Shown: one piece after another, positions 39,858 to 51,944 of the stretch
Layout: the number at the start of each line of letters is the position of its first letter
Numbering within the stretch: the stretch's first letter is position 1
DNA from: Leucoraja ocellata
Lineage: Eukaryota
Length of the DNA stretch: 64,000 nt
Direction of reading: 5' to 3'
Assembly (NCBI GenBank): GCA_036785375.1
Contig: JAWMAR010000053.1
Coordinates: 4,464,001 to 4,528,000, forward strand
Program-made: the position numbers and the translations under genes
The notes under the pieces: model-generated
Database searches by the model: none
What the model saw: only the letters and a program-made list of their open reading frames with translations
What the model was told of the DNA's origin: nothing

Positions 39858-40990
39858 GTAATCTTTAAGTTTGTCGCTGATACCACCGTTCCTGGACAAA
39901 TAATGGGTAGCGATAAATCAGAGAACTGGAGGGAGATTGATAATCTGACTGAATGGTGCCAGAATAACAATCTTGCTCTCAGAGTTAGCAAGACCATGGA
40001 CCTGATTGTTGACTTCAGGAAGGGAAATACAAGGATCCATGAATCCGTTTTCATCTACGGGACAGTAATGGAAGAGAGTCAACGGCTTCAAGTTCCTGGG
40101 AGTAGATATCTCTGAAGATTTTGTCATGGGCCCAGCACATAGATGCAATCACATAGGAAGATCATCACCACCTCTACTCCCTTGGAAAATTAAGGAGATT
40201 TGTTTTGTCAGCAAATACTCTTATGAACTTCTATAGGTATATGTTAGAGAGCGTACTGGCTGGTTGCACCGACACAGTTCAGTGCAGAAAGTGGAAGATG
40301 TCGCCTGATCCATAACGGGTACTGATCTCCCCAACATCGAAGGTATCTACAGGAGGTGCTGCCTCTAAAAGGCAGCTAAAATCATCAACCACTCGCACCA
40401 CCGTGGGCATGTAATTATCTTATCACTACTGTGTAGGAAAGAACTGCAGATGCTGGTTTTAATCAAAGGTAGACACAAAATGCTGGAGTAACTCAGAGGG
40501 ACAGGCAGTATCTCTGGAGGGAAGGAATGGGTGACGTTTCGGGTCGAGACCCTTTTTCAGACTGATGTCACGGGACGGAGATAGAATGTAGTCGGAGACA
40601 GTAAGACTGGTGGGAGAATGGGGAAGCGGATGGAGAGAGAGGAAAAGCAAGGTACTTCTCTAACTTCAAATAGCACTTGCCTTCCCTCTCTCCCTGCCTG
40701 TCCACCATTTTGTGTCTACCTATCTCACCACTACGATACAGGAGGCTGAAAACCATGAACCATGTTCGAAAATAGCTTCCTTCCAGCAACCAACAGATTC
40801 TTGAACATAGCGCAACATTAACCACAATCCTATCTCAGCAATAATGAAATTTGTTTTGGACGCATTACAAGTTTCAGTTTTGCACTATTAAGGTCTGACT
40901 ACCAATTATTACTGATTATTGATTTATTGTATTATTGATTATGGTATATTTATTGCATTAATGGTTCTGTAAAGCTGCAACAAGTAACAA
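39858..40990 (+). mobile_element. Degenerate Rex1/Babar-like LINE RT 3' part, interrupted by a Penelope-like insert (40430-40720)
   Basis: KFVADTTVPG...WCQNNNLALRVSKTMDLIVDFRK; insert flanked by tatcttatcactac / tatctcaccactac. Confidence 0.8.
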
Positions 40991-42194
40991 TATCATCAGC
41001 ATACCCAAGCAACTGAGCATTGTTTCTGAGTTTTGCAATGGTGCTAAGTACGACAGTGCCTTGAGGGCTGGCTGTCTCTGTAGGTGCATCCCTTCATTTA
41101 CTTTCCACATCTTATATTGCTTAAGTCATGGACATTATGAGGTCCATTCCCAAAATCTGCAACCAATGTACAACGTAACAGTGAACATTTATTAAAAGAC
41201 AAATGAAAAAATGATTTTGGAAAACTGAATTTGAAACAGAAAACAATGCAAAATCACTGCAGGTCATGTGGCACTGGTGGGTAGAGGAAACGTGTTAGCA
41301 TTTCAAGTTGATGAAATTAATCCAGAATAGGTGAAAGTTCAATTAAAGGCTGTTGACCTGTCTCTCTTCAGAGATGCTGCTTGACCTGCTATGCATTCCC
41401 ATTTTTTTTTCTGATTTTAGAACAGTTTAATCTGTTGACTGCAAAGTGATGACACAGATGATTAATATAACATTTTCGGCATTCTGATTCTCAGTGGCTA
41501 GTCGATTTCACCCCCAGTACATTTACTGGGAAAGGGAAACTAGGTGGTATCACATTTCTCTGCCATGTGTATTTGTGCTGCCTTAATTTGTTATATTGGT
41601 ACTTTTGGTTAAAATAGTTGTTTCAATCTTGAAGTTATAATATTTCTTTTAGTTGATTTAAATGCTAAAAACATGTGAGAAATAAATACCTTGTTTGTTT
41701 AATTATTAATTCTGTTTTATGTTCTTGTCTGTTTTTGTATATTTATGTAATTATTTTTTAAAACTCTACCAGGGTATAAAAAAATCTTTAGATGGGCTGA
41801 AGACAGGATAGGAAAATAAATGTCTAGATAATTCCATTGGCTGAATATAAGATTTGCTGCAAAAATTGATGCTGAGTCTGAGGTGAAGTATATGAATGGC
41901 AGAGTAAAGTTGAGTTCAATGGAGTTGATCAGAAAGCATGGTCAATATGGCCAACAACATTTAGTTGTTTTAGACAAGTTTAATCTGTTGCCAAATGAAT
42001 GAACATAAGATTCATAATCTTACATTTTCTGCGCACTCGTTCTCACAGGTTAGTCAGCTCATCCTTCAGCACAAGGGAAGAGCAAGTACTTGGAATCAGG
42101 ATTCAATGTCACACATATTTGTGCTCTTTTTTATATTGGTTATGTTTTGTTACAGTAGTTGTATTTAATATCAATTTTATAATATTTCTTGAAG

Positions 42195-42263
42195 AGCCCG
42201 AAGTACCTAAGAAGCCAGCGCCTGAACCACTGAAACCAAAGAAAGAGGTTGCTCCAGAGAAAG
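42195..42263 (+). CDS. ttn: Titin PEVK 69-nt array exon 3 (EPEVPKKPAPEPLKPKKEVAPEK)
   Basis: cttgaag acceptor, gtaggt donor. Confidence 0.9.
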
Positions 42264-43434
42264 GTAGGTTTCCTTTTGTGATTTAAGCGCTAAAAGTATG
42301 TTGTCAGAAATGTACCTTGCCACTTTTTAAATTATTAATTCCATTCTATGTCCATGTCTGTTTTTATATATTTGTGTGTTATTATTGTTATAAAGTCTAT
42401 TGGACAATTAAGGGTATAAAAATCTTTCGAAGGGCTGGAGACATGGTAGGAAAATACCTTTTGGATTATTCCATTGGCTGATTATAACATATGCAGTCAT
42501 TGGAGAATTTACAAAAATCGCTCAGATTGATCATTGTGGACATTGACTGGATGCCTATATAACTTCACTGATTTCATTCAAATAGTAAATGTAAAACATC
42601 ATTTGGTATTAGCATAAAGAATAATAAATATTTTAGTAGCTATCATAATTTAACCAAAATTATTTATCAAACTGATTTTGTTACTGAAACAACATCATGC
42701 TTGTGGTAATACTATATAACGAAATAAAGGAAGCCATTTCTTCTCATTTCCCTCTGACCATGGAACTTTACCTCCAGGTAACAGGCCAGATTTAAGCAAT
42801 TTCCACCACAAATTGGGGCAAGGACAACCGTGATTTTGTAGTCAAGGTGACCTTGCCTCTAAACAGTTATGAATATGGCATTTTCCAGAATACTGGAATC
42901 CAGAGATTCAGGAAAGATCTCACAATTCTGGTAGTGCGGTCAGCATTGCCATTTCCATTGAGGTCGATACCTGTTTTTATGTTACCACTTCTTGCAAGAA
43001 AAAGGAATGTGCTGCAGTGAGCAGCCTGGAATATGTTTTGGTGATGCAGCTATCATAATGGAACATTTACCAACATGTTCAAACTTGACTTGTGCCATTA
43101 TGGTTTACATCAATGCTAAGTCTGAAGTGAATAATGATTAGTAGAGATGAATGGAGATGATAAAGAAAGCATGGTCAGTAGGGTCAAACCTTTCACTGGT
43201 TTTTGACAAGTTTAATCTGTTGCCTGTAAAATAATGAAAGCATAGATTAATGATGTTACATTTTCTGCACACTTGTTCTAAGTTAGTCAGTTCCTCCCTC
43301 CAGTATAGGTGAAGAGCAAGTAGTAGATATCACGATTCCCTATCACATACAATTGTAGTCTTTTAACATTATATTAGTTATAATTTTAGGTTACAGAAGT
43401 TATATTAATCTTTAAATTATAATATATTTTGAAG

Positions 43435-43503
43435 TGCCCGAAGTTCCCAAGAAGCCAACTCCTGAACAATTGAAACCAAAGAAAGAGGTTACACCAGAGA
43501 AAG
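43435..43503 (+). CDS. ttn: Titin PEVK 69-nt array exon 4 (VPEVPKKPTPEQLKPKKEVTPEK)
   Basis: tttgaag acceptor, gtaggt donor. Confidence 0.92.
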
Positions 43504-43667
43504 GTAGGTTTCTTTTTGTCGATTTAAATGCTAAAAATATGTCGTGAGAAATGGATAGGACAGGTTAGAGGAATATGGGCCAAATGTAGACAGGTTGGAC
43601 TAGTGTAGATGGAACATGTTGGCCGGTGTGGGCAAGTTGGGCCGAAGGCCCTGTTTCCACACTGTAA

Positions 43668-43999
43668 AAGCCCTGTCCCACGGTACGAGTTCATTCCAAG
43701 AGTTCTCCCGAGTTTGCCCTGATTCGAACTCGGAGATTTACAGTAAAGACCTCTCGTCGGTACTCGAGGCTCTCGTGGATATTTTTTTCAACATGTTAAA
43801 AAATCTTCACGAGTCTTCCTGAGCTTATCTGCCGTTAGCGAGTCCTCCCAAGTACCTGCCGTTAGCGTTATGAGCCGCTAAGTGACGTCCCCGAGCTCAG
43901 ACGTACCCGCTACGATCATTCTCATTGCTTACCACAAGTTTGATTTTTTTTTAACTCGGGAGAGCTCTCGGAATGAACTCGTACCGTGGGACAGGGCCA
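43668..43999. mobile_element. PIF/Harbinger-type MITE
   Basis: TIR gccctgtcccacggtacgagttcattcc; TAA TSD, confirmed by the empty paralogous site at ~48040. Confidence 0.9.
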
Positions 44000-44673
44000 T
44001 AAGACTCTTTGACTTTATGACTAAATTAGTACCTTGGTACTAATTAGTACCTTTTTAATTATTCATTCCATTCTATGTCCTTGTCTGTTTCCATATAGTT
44101 ATGTGTCATTATTGTTATAAGCTTTATTGCGCAATGAAGGGTATAACAAATCTTTAGAAGGGCTAGAGATAGAACAGGGAAATAAATGCCAGTGGCTGAT
44201 TATGAAGAAAGGATTCCCACCCAAAACTACTGCTGAATTATGTCGGCACTTTATGTCTATTTGTGAATATAAGATTTGCTGGCACTGGAAAAATTACAAA
44301 AATCATTCAGATTGATCATTGTTGGCAATGACTGGCCTACATTACTTCATTGATTTTATTCCAATAGTAAACATAAAACATCATTTGATATTTGCAAAAA
44401 CCATAAATAGAACTTTTAGTAGGAAACAAAATGTAAACAAAATAATATAGGGAGCTGACTTTGGTTACTTAAAAGAATAATGCTTGTGTTAAGACTTTAT
44501 AACTTGAAATAGAAAGAGGCCATTTAGTCTCATTTCCTTCTATCCTTGGAATCTTAGCTGGATTCTAAGCCGTTCTAGGCATCACAATTCTCAGATATAT
44601 ATGGGCTGTTTTTGATATGTTGATTATAATCATGTTATATTCTTTATATTTAATCTTATAATATTTCTTGAAG

Positions 44674-44742
44674 TGCCTGAGGTTCTTAAGAAGCCAACTC
44701 CTGAACCATTGAAACAAAAGAAAGAGCTTGCTCCAGAGAAAG
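44674..44742 (+). CDS. ttn: Titin PEVK 69-nt array exon 5 (VPEVLKKPTPEPLKQKKELAPEK)
   Basis: cttgaag acceptor, gtatgt donor. Confidence 0.9.
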
Positions 44743-45024
44743 GTATGTTTCTTTTTGTTGATTTAAATGCTAAAAACATGTGAGAAATAAATACCTAGTT
44801 TTTTTAATTATTAATTCTATTCTATGTTCTTGTCTGTCTTTGTATATTTATGTTATTATTTTTGAAAACGCTACCAAGGATATAACAAAGTCTTTAGATG
44901 GGTTGAAGATAGGATAGGAAAATAAATGTCAAGATAATTCCATTGGCTGAATATAAGATTTGCTGCAAAAATTGATGCTGAGTCTGAGGTGAAATATATG
45001 AATGGCAGAGTTAAGTTGAGTTCA

Positions 45025-45524
45025 GTGCATTCAGTGCTTAAGTTGTGGCCAGTGCTCTGTTTTTTGCTGTGGCCTGTTGGGGAGAAGGCGCCCGCATAGC
45101 GGACAAAACAGCGGACAAAAACAGACTGGACAAGCTGATCAGGAAGGCCGGCTCAGCAACTAACGGTCCAGCAGGTGGCAGAGGCCAGAACTCTGAACAA
45201 ACTAGGTTCAATAATGACCAACCCCACTCACCCACTCCACGCCCTGAAGGTGATCAAGAGCAGCATCTTCAGTCAGAGACTGATGGCACCAATGTGCAAA
45301 ACGGAGAGATATAGGAAGTCTTGTATACCAGCTGCTATAAGGTTTTATAATGCACAAAAATAATTTTGGATTTTTTTAGTATTCATTCATTGTATTTTAA
45401 CTTATTAAGTATTGAAGCTATCTGTGGAAATGTGTGGTGTTATGTCTGTCTTGAAGCTGTTGTGGCACTGTAATTTCCTGTAAAGGATTATTAAAGGTTA
45501 TTCAATTCAATTCAATTCAATTCA
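45025..45524 (+). mobile_element. Rex1/Babar-like LINE 3' fragment with (TTCAA)n tail
   Basis: ASALFFAVACWG...KNRLDKLIRKAGS, HPLH, SCIPAAIRFYN; absent from the paralogous site at ~41917. Confidence 0.85.
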
Positions 45525-45689
45525 ATGGAGTTGATCAGAAAGCATGGTCAATATGGCCAACAACATTTAGTTGTTTGAGACAAGTTTAATCTGTTGCCCA
45601 ATGAATGAGCATAGATTCATAATGTTACATTTTATGCGCACTCGTTCTCAGAGGTTAGTCGGCTCATCTTTCAGCACAAGGGAAGAGCA

Positions 45690-46480
45690 GCGGAAGGGGT
45701 GGCGCTGCCATTCAGCTGCGGCTCACCTGCAGTCCGTCTGTCTATTCCTTTTTTTTGTTTTCTTTTGTCTTGTTGGATGTATGTTTTAGTTTATTTTTAG
45801 TTGTGTATGTGTGGCGGGTGGGGGAAACTTGTTTTAACCTCTTCCTTCAAGGGGATGCGACCTTTTCTTGGTCGTATCTCCGTCTCCGTCTGCGCTGAGG
45901 CCTAATCGCGAAGCTGGCGGCCTCCAACTGGGACCGACCTCGAGGCTCCGGAGGCAGAGCCTGTGGACTCGCCATCGCGAGGCTGGCCAACTTCGGGGCT
46001 GTGGTGGCGCTGCGGCTGCGGCCCGACTTCGGAGCCTCGGAGGCTTCGGCCGCGGGCCCAATGGACGACAACATCGGGAGCTTGCAGGTCCACGGTTGGT
46101 GACCGATTCACCGGAGCTCCCGCAACAACAGCTTCGTCCACTGGACTGGATGGTGGCAGCTTCGTCCGCCCCGGGCCGCGGAGTTTGAATCGGCCCGTTC
46201 GCGGAGCTCGGATTCGGCCACGGGACTTACCATCACCCGGCGGGGGTCCCAACATTGAAAGCCTGAATCGCCTCAACGCAGAGGGAGACCAAGGAAGGAA
46301 GAGATAAGGACTTTAAGACTTTTGCCTTCCCTCAGAGTGAGGAGGTGCCTGGTAGACTCACTGTGGTGGATGTTAAACTGTGTTCATTGTGTGTTCTGTT
46401 ACTTTAATTTCTGTTATGACTGCAAGGTACGCAATTTTGTTCAAACTAAAAGTTTGAATGACAATAAAAGAAACTCTAAA
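45690..46480 (+). mobile_element. Unclassified GC/CpG-rich ~790-bp insertion, probably a non-autonomous retroelement
   Basis: Absent from the paralogous site (agca|agtacttgg at ~42084); ends in stem-loop ttcaaact-aaa-agtttgaa followed by AATAAA. Confidence 0.75.
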
Positions 46481-46590
46481 AGTATTTGGAATCAGGATTC
46501 AACGTCACACATATTTGTGCTCTTTTTTATATTGGTTATGTTTTGTTACAGTAGTTGTATTTAATATCAATTTTATAATATTTCTTGAAG

Positions 46591-46659
46591 AGCCCGAAGT
46601 GCCTAAGAAGCCAACGCCTGTACCATTGAAACCAAAGAAAGAGGTTGCTCCAGAGAAAG
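46591..46659 (+). CDS. ttn: Titin PEVK 69-nt array exon 6 (EPEVPKKPTPVPLKPKKEVAPEK)
   Basis: cttgaag acceptor, gtaggt donor. Confidence 0.9.
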
Positions 46660-47808
46660 GTAGGTTTCCTTTTGTGATTTAAGCGCTAAAAGTATGTTGT
46701 CAGAAATGTACCTTGCCACTTTTTAAATTATTAATTCCATTATATGTCCATGTTTTATATATTTGGGTGTTATTGTTGTTATAAAGTCTATTGGACAATT
46801 AAGGGTATAAAAATCTTTCGAAGGGCTGGAGACATGGTAGGAAAATAAATTTTGGATTATTCCATTGGCTGATTATAACATTGCTGTCATCGGAGAATTT
46901 ACAAAAATCACTCAGATCATTGTTGACATTGACTGGGTGCCTATATAACTTCACTGATTTCATTCAAATAGTAAACATGAAACATCATTTGATCTTTGCA
47001 TAAAGAATAAATAGTATGTTTAGTAACAATCATTAATTTAACCAAAATGATTTATCGAGCTGTTTTTGTTACTGAAACAACATCATGCTTGTGTTAATAC
47101 TTTATAACTTGAAATAAAGGAAACCATTTCTTCTCATTTCCCTCTGACCATGGAACTTTACCTCCAGGTAACAGGCCAGATTTAGGCAAATTTCCACCAC
47201 AAATTGGGGCAAGGACAACCGTGATTTTTTCGTCAAGGTGACCTTGCCTCTAAACAGTTATGAATACTGGAATCCACATATTCAGGAAAGATCTAATAAT
47301 TTAGGTAGTGCGGTCAGCATTGCCATTTCCATGGAGGTCGATACCTGTTTTTATGTTACCACTTCTTGCAAGAAAAAGGAATGTGCTGCAGTGAGCAACC
47401 TGGAATATGTTTTGGTGATGCAGCTATCATAATGGAACATTTACCAACATGTTCAAACTTGACTTGTGCCATTATGGTTTACATCAATGCTAAGTCTGAA
47501 GTGAATAATGATTAGTAGAGATGAATGGAGATGATAAAGAAAGCATGGTCAGTAGGGCCAAACCTTTCACTGGTTTTTGACAAGTTTAATCTGTTGCCTG
47601 TAAAGTAATGAAAACATAGATGAATAATGTAACATTTTCTGCACACTTGTTCTCGGTTAGTCAGTTCCCCCCTCCAGTTTAGGAGAAGAGCAAGTAGTAA
47701 TTATCATGATTCCCTATCAAATACATTTGTACTTTTTTAGCATTATATTAGTAATAATTTTAGGTTACAGAAGTTGTATTAATCTTAAAATTATAATATA
47801 TTTTGAAG

Positions 47809-47877
47809 TGCCCGAAGTTCTCAAGAAGCCAACTCCTGAACCATTGAAACCAAAGAAAGAGGTTACCCCAGAGAAAG
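47809..47877 (+). CDS. ttn: Titin PEVK 69-nt array exon 7 (VPEVLKKPTPEPLKPKKEVTPEK)
   Basis: tttgaag acceptor, gtaggt donor. Confidence 0.9.
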
Positions 47878-48561
47878 GTAGGTTTCTTTTTGTCGATTTA
47901 AATGCTAAAAATATGTCGTGAGAAATGGATAGGACAGGTTTAGAGGAATATGGGCCAAATGCAGGCAGGTTGGACTAGTGTAGATGGAACATGTTGGCTG
48001 GTGTGGGCAAGTTGGGCCGAAGGCCCTGTTTCCACACTGTAATACTTTTTAACTTCATGACTCTAAATTAGTACCTTTCTACTTTTTTATTATTAATTCT
48101 ATTCTATGTCCTTGTCTGTTTATATGTATTTGTGTGTTCTTATTATTATAAATGCTATTGAACAATCAAAGGTATAAACACTCTTTAGTCGGGCTGGAGA
48201 CTTGGTCGGAAAATAAATGTCAGGATTATCCCATTGGATGATTATAATTTGCAGCCAATGGGGATTTTTCAAAAAATACCTAGATTGATCCTTGGTCAGT
48301 ATGGCCAACATCTTTTTTTGGTCTTCGACAAGTTTAATGTATTTCCGTAAGGTCATGAATGAGCATAAATTAACAATGTTACCTTTTCTGCACACTTGTT
48401 CTCTGTGGTTAGTTAGTTTCTCCTCAAGTACAGGATAATACCAAGTACTAGCTATCCCGATTCTCTGTAACTATATTTATGCTCCCTTTACTTGTTATAT
48501 CGGTTATGATTTTAGGTTTATAATAGTTGCATTTAATCTTAAAATATAATATTTCTTGAAG

Positions 48562-48630
48562 TGCCTGAAGTTCCTAAGAAGCCAACTCCTGAACCATTGA
48601 AACCAAAGAAAGAGGTTATTCCAGAAAAAG
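48562..48630 (+). CDS. ttn: Titin PEVK 69-nt array exon 8 (VPEVPKKPTPEPLKPKKEVIPEK)
   Basis: cttgaag acceptor, gtagat donor. Confidence 0.92.
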
Positions 48631-48805
48631 GTAGATATCTTTTCATTGATTTAAATGCTAAAAATATGTTGTGAGAAATATGTACTTTTCTACTAATCCA
48701 TTAGTTCGATTCTATTAATTCTGTCCTTGACTGTTTTGATATATTCTAACAGTGTTATTATTGTTATAAACTCTATTCCACAATTGAGGGTATTACAAAT
48801 CTTAA

Positions 48806-49107
48806 AAGCCCTGTCCCGCTGTACGAGTTCATTCAAAGAGTTCTCCCGAGTTTGCCCTGATTCGAACTCGGAGATTTACGGTAATGGCCGCTCGTCGGTA
48901 CTCGGGGCTCTCGTGGACCTTTTTCAACGTTGAAAAATCTTCACGAGTCTTCCCGAGCTTACCTGCGGTTAGCGTTACAAGCCGCTAAGAGACGTCCCCG
49001 AGGTCCGACGTACCCACTATGTTCATTCTCCGTGCTTACCACGAGTTTGATTTTTTTTTTAAACTCGGGAGAGCTCTTGAATGAACTCATACCGTGGGAC
49101 AGGGCCA
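48806..49107. mobile_element. PIF/Harbinger-type MITE, same family as the 43668 copy
   Basis: Same TIRs and body; inserted at tta of aaatctttagatgg, which is empty in other array units. Confidence 0.87.
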
Positions 49108-49416
49108 TTAGATGGACTGAAGATATAATAGGAAAATAAATGTCCTGATTATTTAGAAAGCATGGTCAACATCTTTTTCTGGTTTTAGACAAGTTTAATC
49201 TGTTGCCCATAAAGTAATGAATGAACATAGATTAACAATGTTACATTTCCTACACACTCGTTCTTGGTGGTTATTCAGGTTTCCTTTAGTACTAGAGAAT
49301 AGCAAGTACTGGATATCACACTTTTTTCCACATATATTTGTGCTCTTTTTATTTGTTATTGGTGCTTTTAGTTATAATAGCTATACTTAATCTCAACATT
49401 GTAAATTATCTTGAAG

Positions 49417-49485
49417 TGCCTGAGGTTCTGAAAAAGCCAGCTCCTGAACCCTTGAAACCAAAGAAAGAAGTTATTCAAGAGAAAG
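49417..49485 (+). CDS. ttn: Titin PEVK 69-nt array exon 9 (VPEVLKKPAPEPLKPKKEVIQEK)
   Basis: cttgaag acceptor, gtaggc donor. Confidence 0.9.
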
Positions 49486-49595
49486 GTAGGCTTTTTACAG
49501 ATTTAACTGCCTAAAAAAATACGTTGTGAGTAGATATTTTGCTATTTTTTAATTATTAATTATATTCTATGTCTTTGACAATTTTGAAATATGTA

Positions 49596-51087
49596 CAGTG
49601 CCCTCCATAATGTTTGGGACAAAGACCCATCATTTATTTATTTGCCTCTGTACTCCACAATTTGAGATTTGTAATATAAAAAAATCATACGTGGTTAAAG
49701 TGCACATTGTCAGATTTTATTAAAGTATATTTTTATACATTTTGGTTTCACCAGGTTTAAATTCCAGCTGTGTTATACATAGTCCCCCCATTTCAGGGCA
49801 CCATAATGTTTGAGACGCATGGTTTCACAGGTATTTGTAATTGCTCAGGTTTGTTTAAATGCCTCCTTAATGCAGGTATAAGAGAGCTTGCAGCACCTAG
49901 TCTTTCCTCCAGTCTTTTCATCACCTTTGGAAACTTTTATTGCTGCTTATCAACATGAGGACCAAAGTTGTGCCAATGAAAGTCAAAGAAGCCACTGTGG
50001 GCCAAGAAACAAGTATAAAACTGTTAGAGCAAAACTTTAAGCTTACCAAATCAACTGTTTGGAACACCATTGAGAAGAAAGAGAGCACAGGTGAGCTTAC
50101 TAATCGCAAAGGGGCTGGCAAGCCAAGAAAGACCTCTACAGCTGATGACAGAAGAATCCCCAAACACCTGTACGACAGTTCAGAAACACTCTTCAGGGGT
50201 CAGGTGTGGATTTGTCAATGACCACTGTCCGCAGAAGACTTCAAGAACAGAAATACAGAGGCTACACTGCAAGATACAAACCATTGGTTAGCCGCAAAAA
50301 TAGGATGGCCAGGATACAGTTTGTCAAGAAGTACAGATGAGGCGAAGATTAACTGATATCAGAGTGATGGCAAGAGCAAAATAGGGAGGAGAGAAGGAAC
50401 TGCCCAAGATCCAAAGCATACCACCTCATATGTGAAACACAGTGGTGGGGGTGTTATGGCCTGGGCATGTACGGCTGCTGATGGTACTGGCTCACATCGT
50501 GTATGGACACATCCTATCTGCTCAAGTTCCAAACAAATGCCTCAAAACTCATTGGCCGGCGGTTCATTCTACAGCAAGACAATGATCCCAAACATACTGC
50601 TAAAGCAACAAAGGTGTTTTTCAAAGCTAAAAAATGATCAATTCTTGAGTGGCCAAGTCAATCACCCGATCTGAACCCAACTGAGCATGCCTTTTGTATG
50701 CTGAAGAGAAAACTGAAGGGGACTAGCCCCCAAAACAAGCATCAGCTAAAGATGGCTGCAATACAGGCCTGGTAGAGCATCACCAGAGAAGACACCCAGC
50801 AACTGGTGATGTCCATGAATTGCAGACTTCAAGCAGTCATTGCATCCAAAGGATATGCAACAAAATACTAAACATGACTACTTTCAGTTTCATGACATTG
50901 CTGTGTCCCAAACATTATGGTGCCCTGAAATGGGGGGCTAACAAAATGTATAAAAATGGCCTTTATTAAAATCTGGCAATGTGCATTTTAACCACAAGTT
51001 TTTTTCTATTACTTATCTCAAATTGTGGAGTACAGAGGCAAATAAATAAACAATGGGTTTTTGTCCCAAAGATTATGGAGGGCACTG
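49596..51087 (+). mobile_element. Tc1 (DD34E) DNA transposon, IR/DR type, defective transposase
   Basis: TA TSD; ends CAGTGCCCTCCATAATGTTTGGGAC / GTCCCAAAGATTATGGAGGGCACTG; inner DRs at ~49795 and ~50905; TDEAKI, QQDNDPKH and WPSQSPDLNPTE with 34 residues between D and E; frameshifts and stops. Confidence 0.95.
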
Positions 51088-51429
51088 TATGTATGATTGT
51101 TATAAATTCTATTGAATAATTATCATTGAACCATTCTATTGATAAAAAATAATTAACCTGAAAGGTTAACTCTTTCTAAGTTCACAAATCCTAGCTCTCC
51201 TACCAATACTGTTTTTGGACTAGTTTAGCGTGTTGTTTGCAAGGTAATCATGTACCATTTTCTCTATAACTACAGTTAGCAATTTCTCATCCAGTTTGTT
51301 TTCTGGAGAAGATTAAATATTAGATACTGAATAGTACTGCCTCATTGTTTGTGTTATGTGAGCTTGTTTTATTGGTACGTATGGTTATAATAGTTCCATA
51401 TAATCTTAAAAATGTAATATTTCTTGAAG

Positions 51430-51498
51430 TGCCCGAAGTTCCCAAGAAGCCAACTCCTGAACCACTGAAACTGAAGAAAGTGCTTACTCCAGAAAAAG
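51430..51498 (+). CDS. ttn: Titin PEVK 69-nt array exon 10 (VPEVPKKPTPEPLKLKKVLTPEK)
   Basis: cttgaag acceptor, gtagat donor. Confidence 0.9.
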
Positions 51499-51860
51499 GT
51501 AGATATCTTTTTGTTGGTTTAAATGCAAAAAATATTATGTAACAAATAAGTACCTTGCTACTTTCTAATTATTAATTCTATTCTCTGCTCTTGTTTCTTT
51601 TGATATATGTATGTGTTGTTATTGTTATAAACCCTATTGCACAATCAAGGGTATTGCACATAGTGGAAAAGTTATGAGGTGTTCACACTTTACAATGAAA
51701 CCCAGTTTCTTATTTGAATAGGTATAAAAGTCAATCTTAGAGGTGTATTATGCGTGCTTTGTTGTGTCTATGCTTTGTGGTGTACAGCGTGAATTTCTAT
51801 TTTGTTAAATCTTGCTTTTTTTATCATATAAATTTAAAAATATAATATGTCTTTTGAAAG

Positions 51861-51944
51861 TTGCTGGGATTCCGAAGAAACCAGTCGCTGAAGAAGTTAA
51901 GCCTGTATCTGTTCCACAAGTTGAGAAACCGGAACCAGAAGAAG
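51861..51944 (+). CDS. ttn: Titin PEVK exon (VAGIPKKPVAEEVKPVSVPQVEKPEPEE)
   Basis: ttgaaag acceptor, gtaaaa donor, 84 nt. Confidence 0.9.

Noticed and set aside
45834-46307. Cluster of overlapping ORFs on both strands
   Set aside because: Expected from high GC content; no recognisable domain; lies within an insertion
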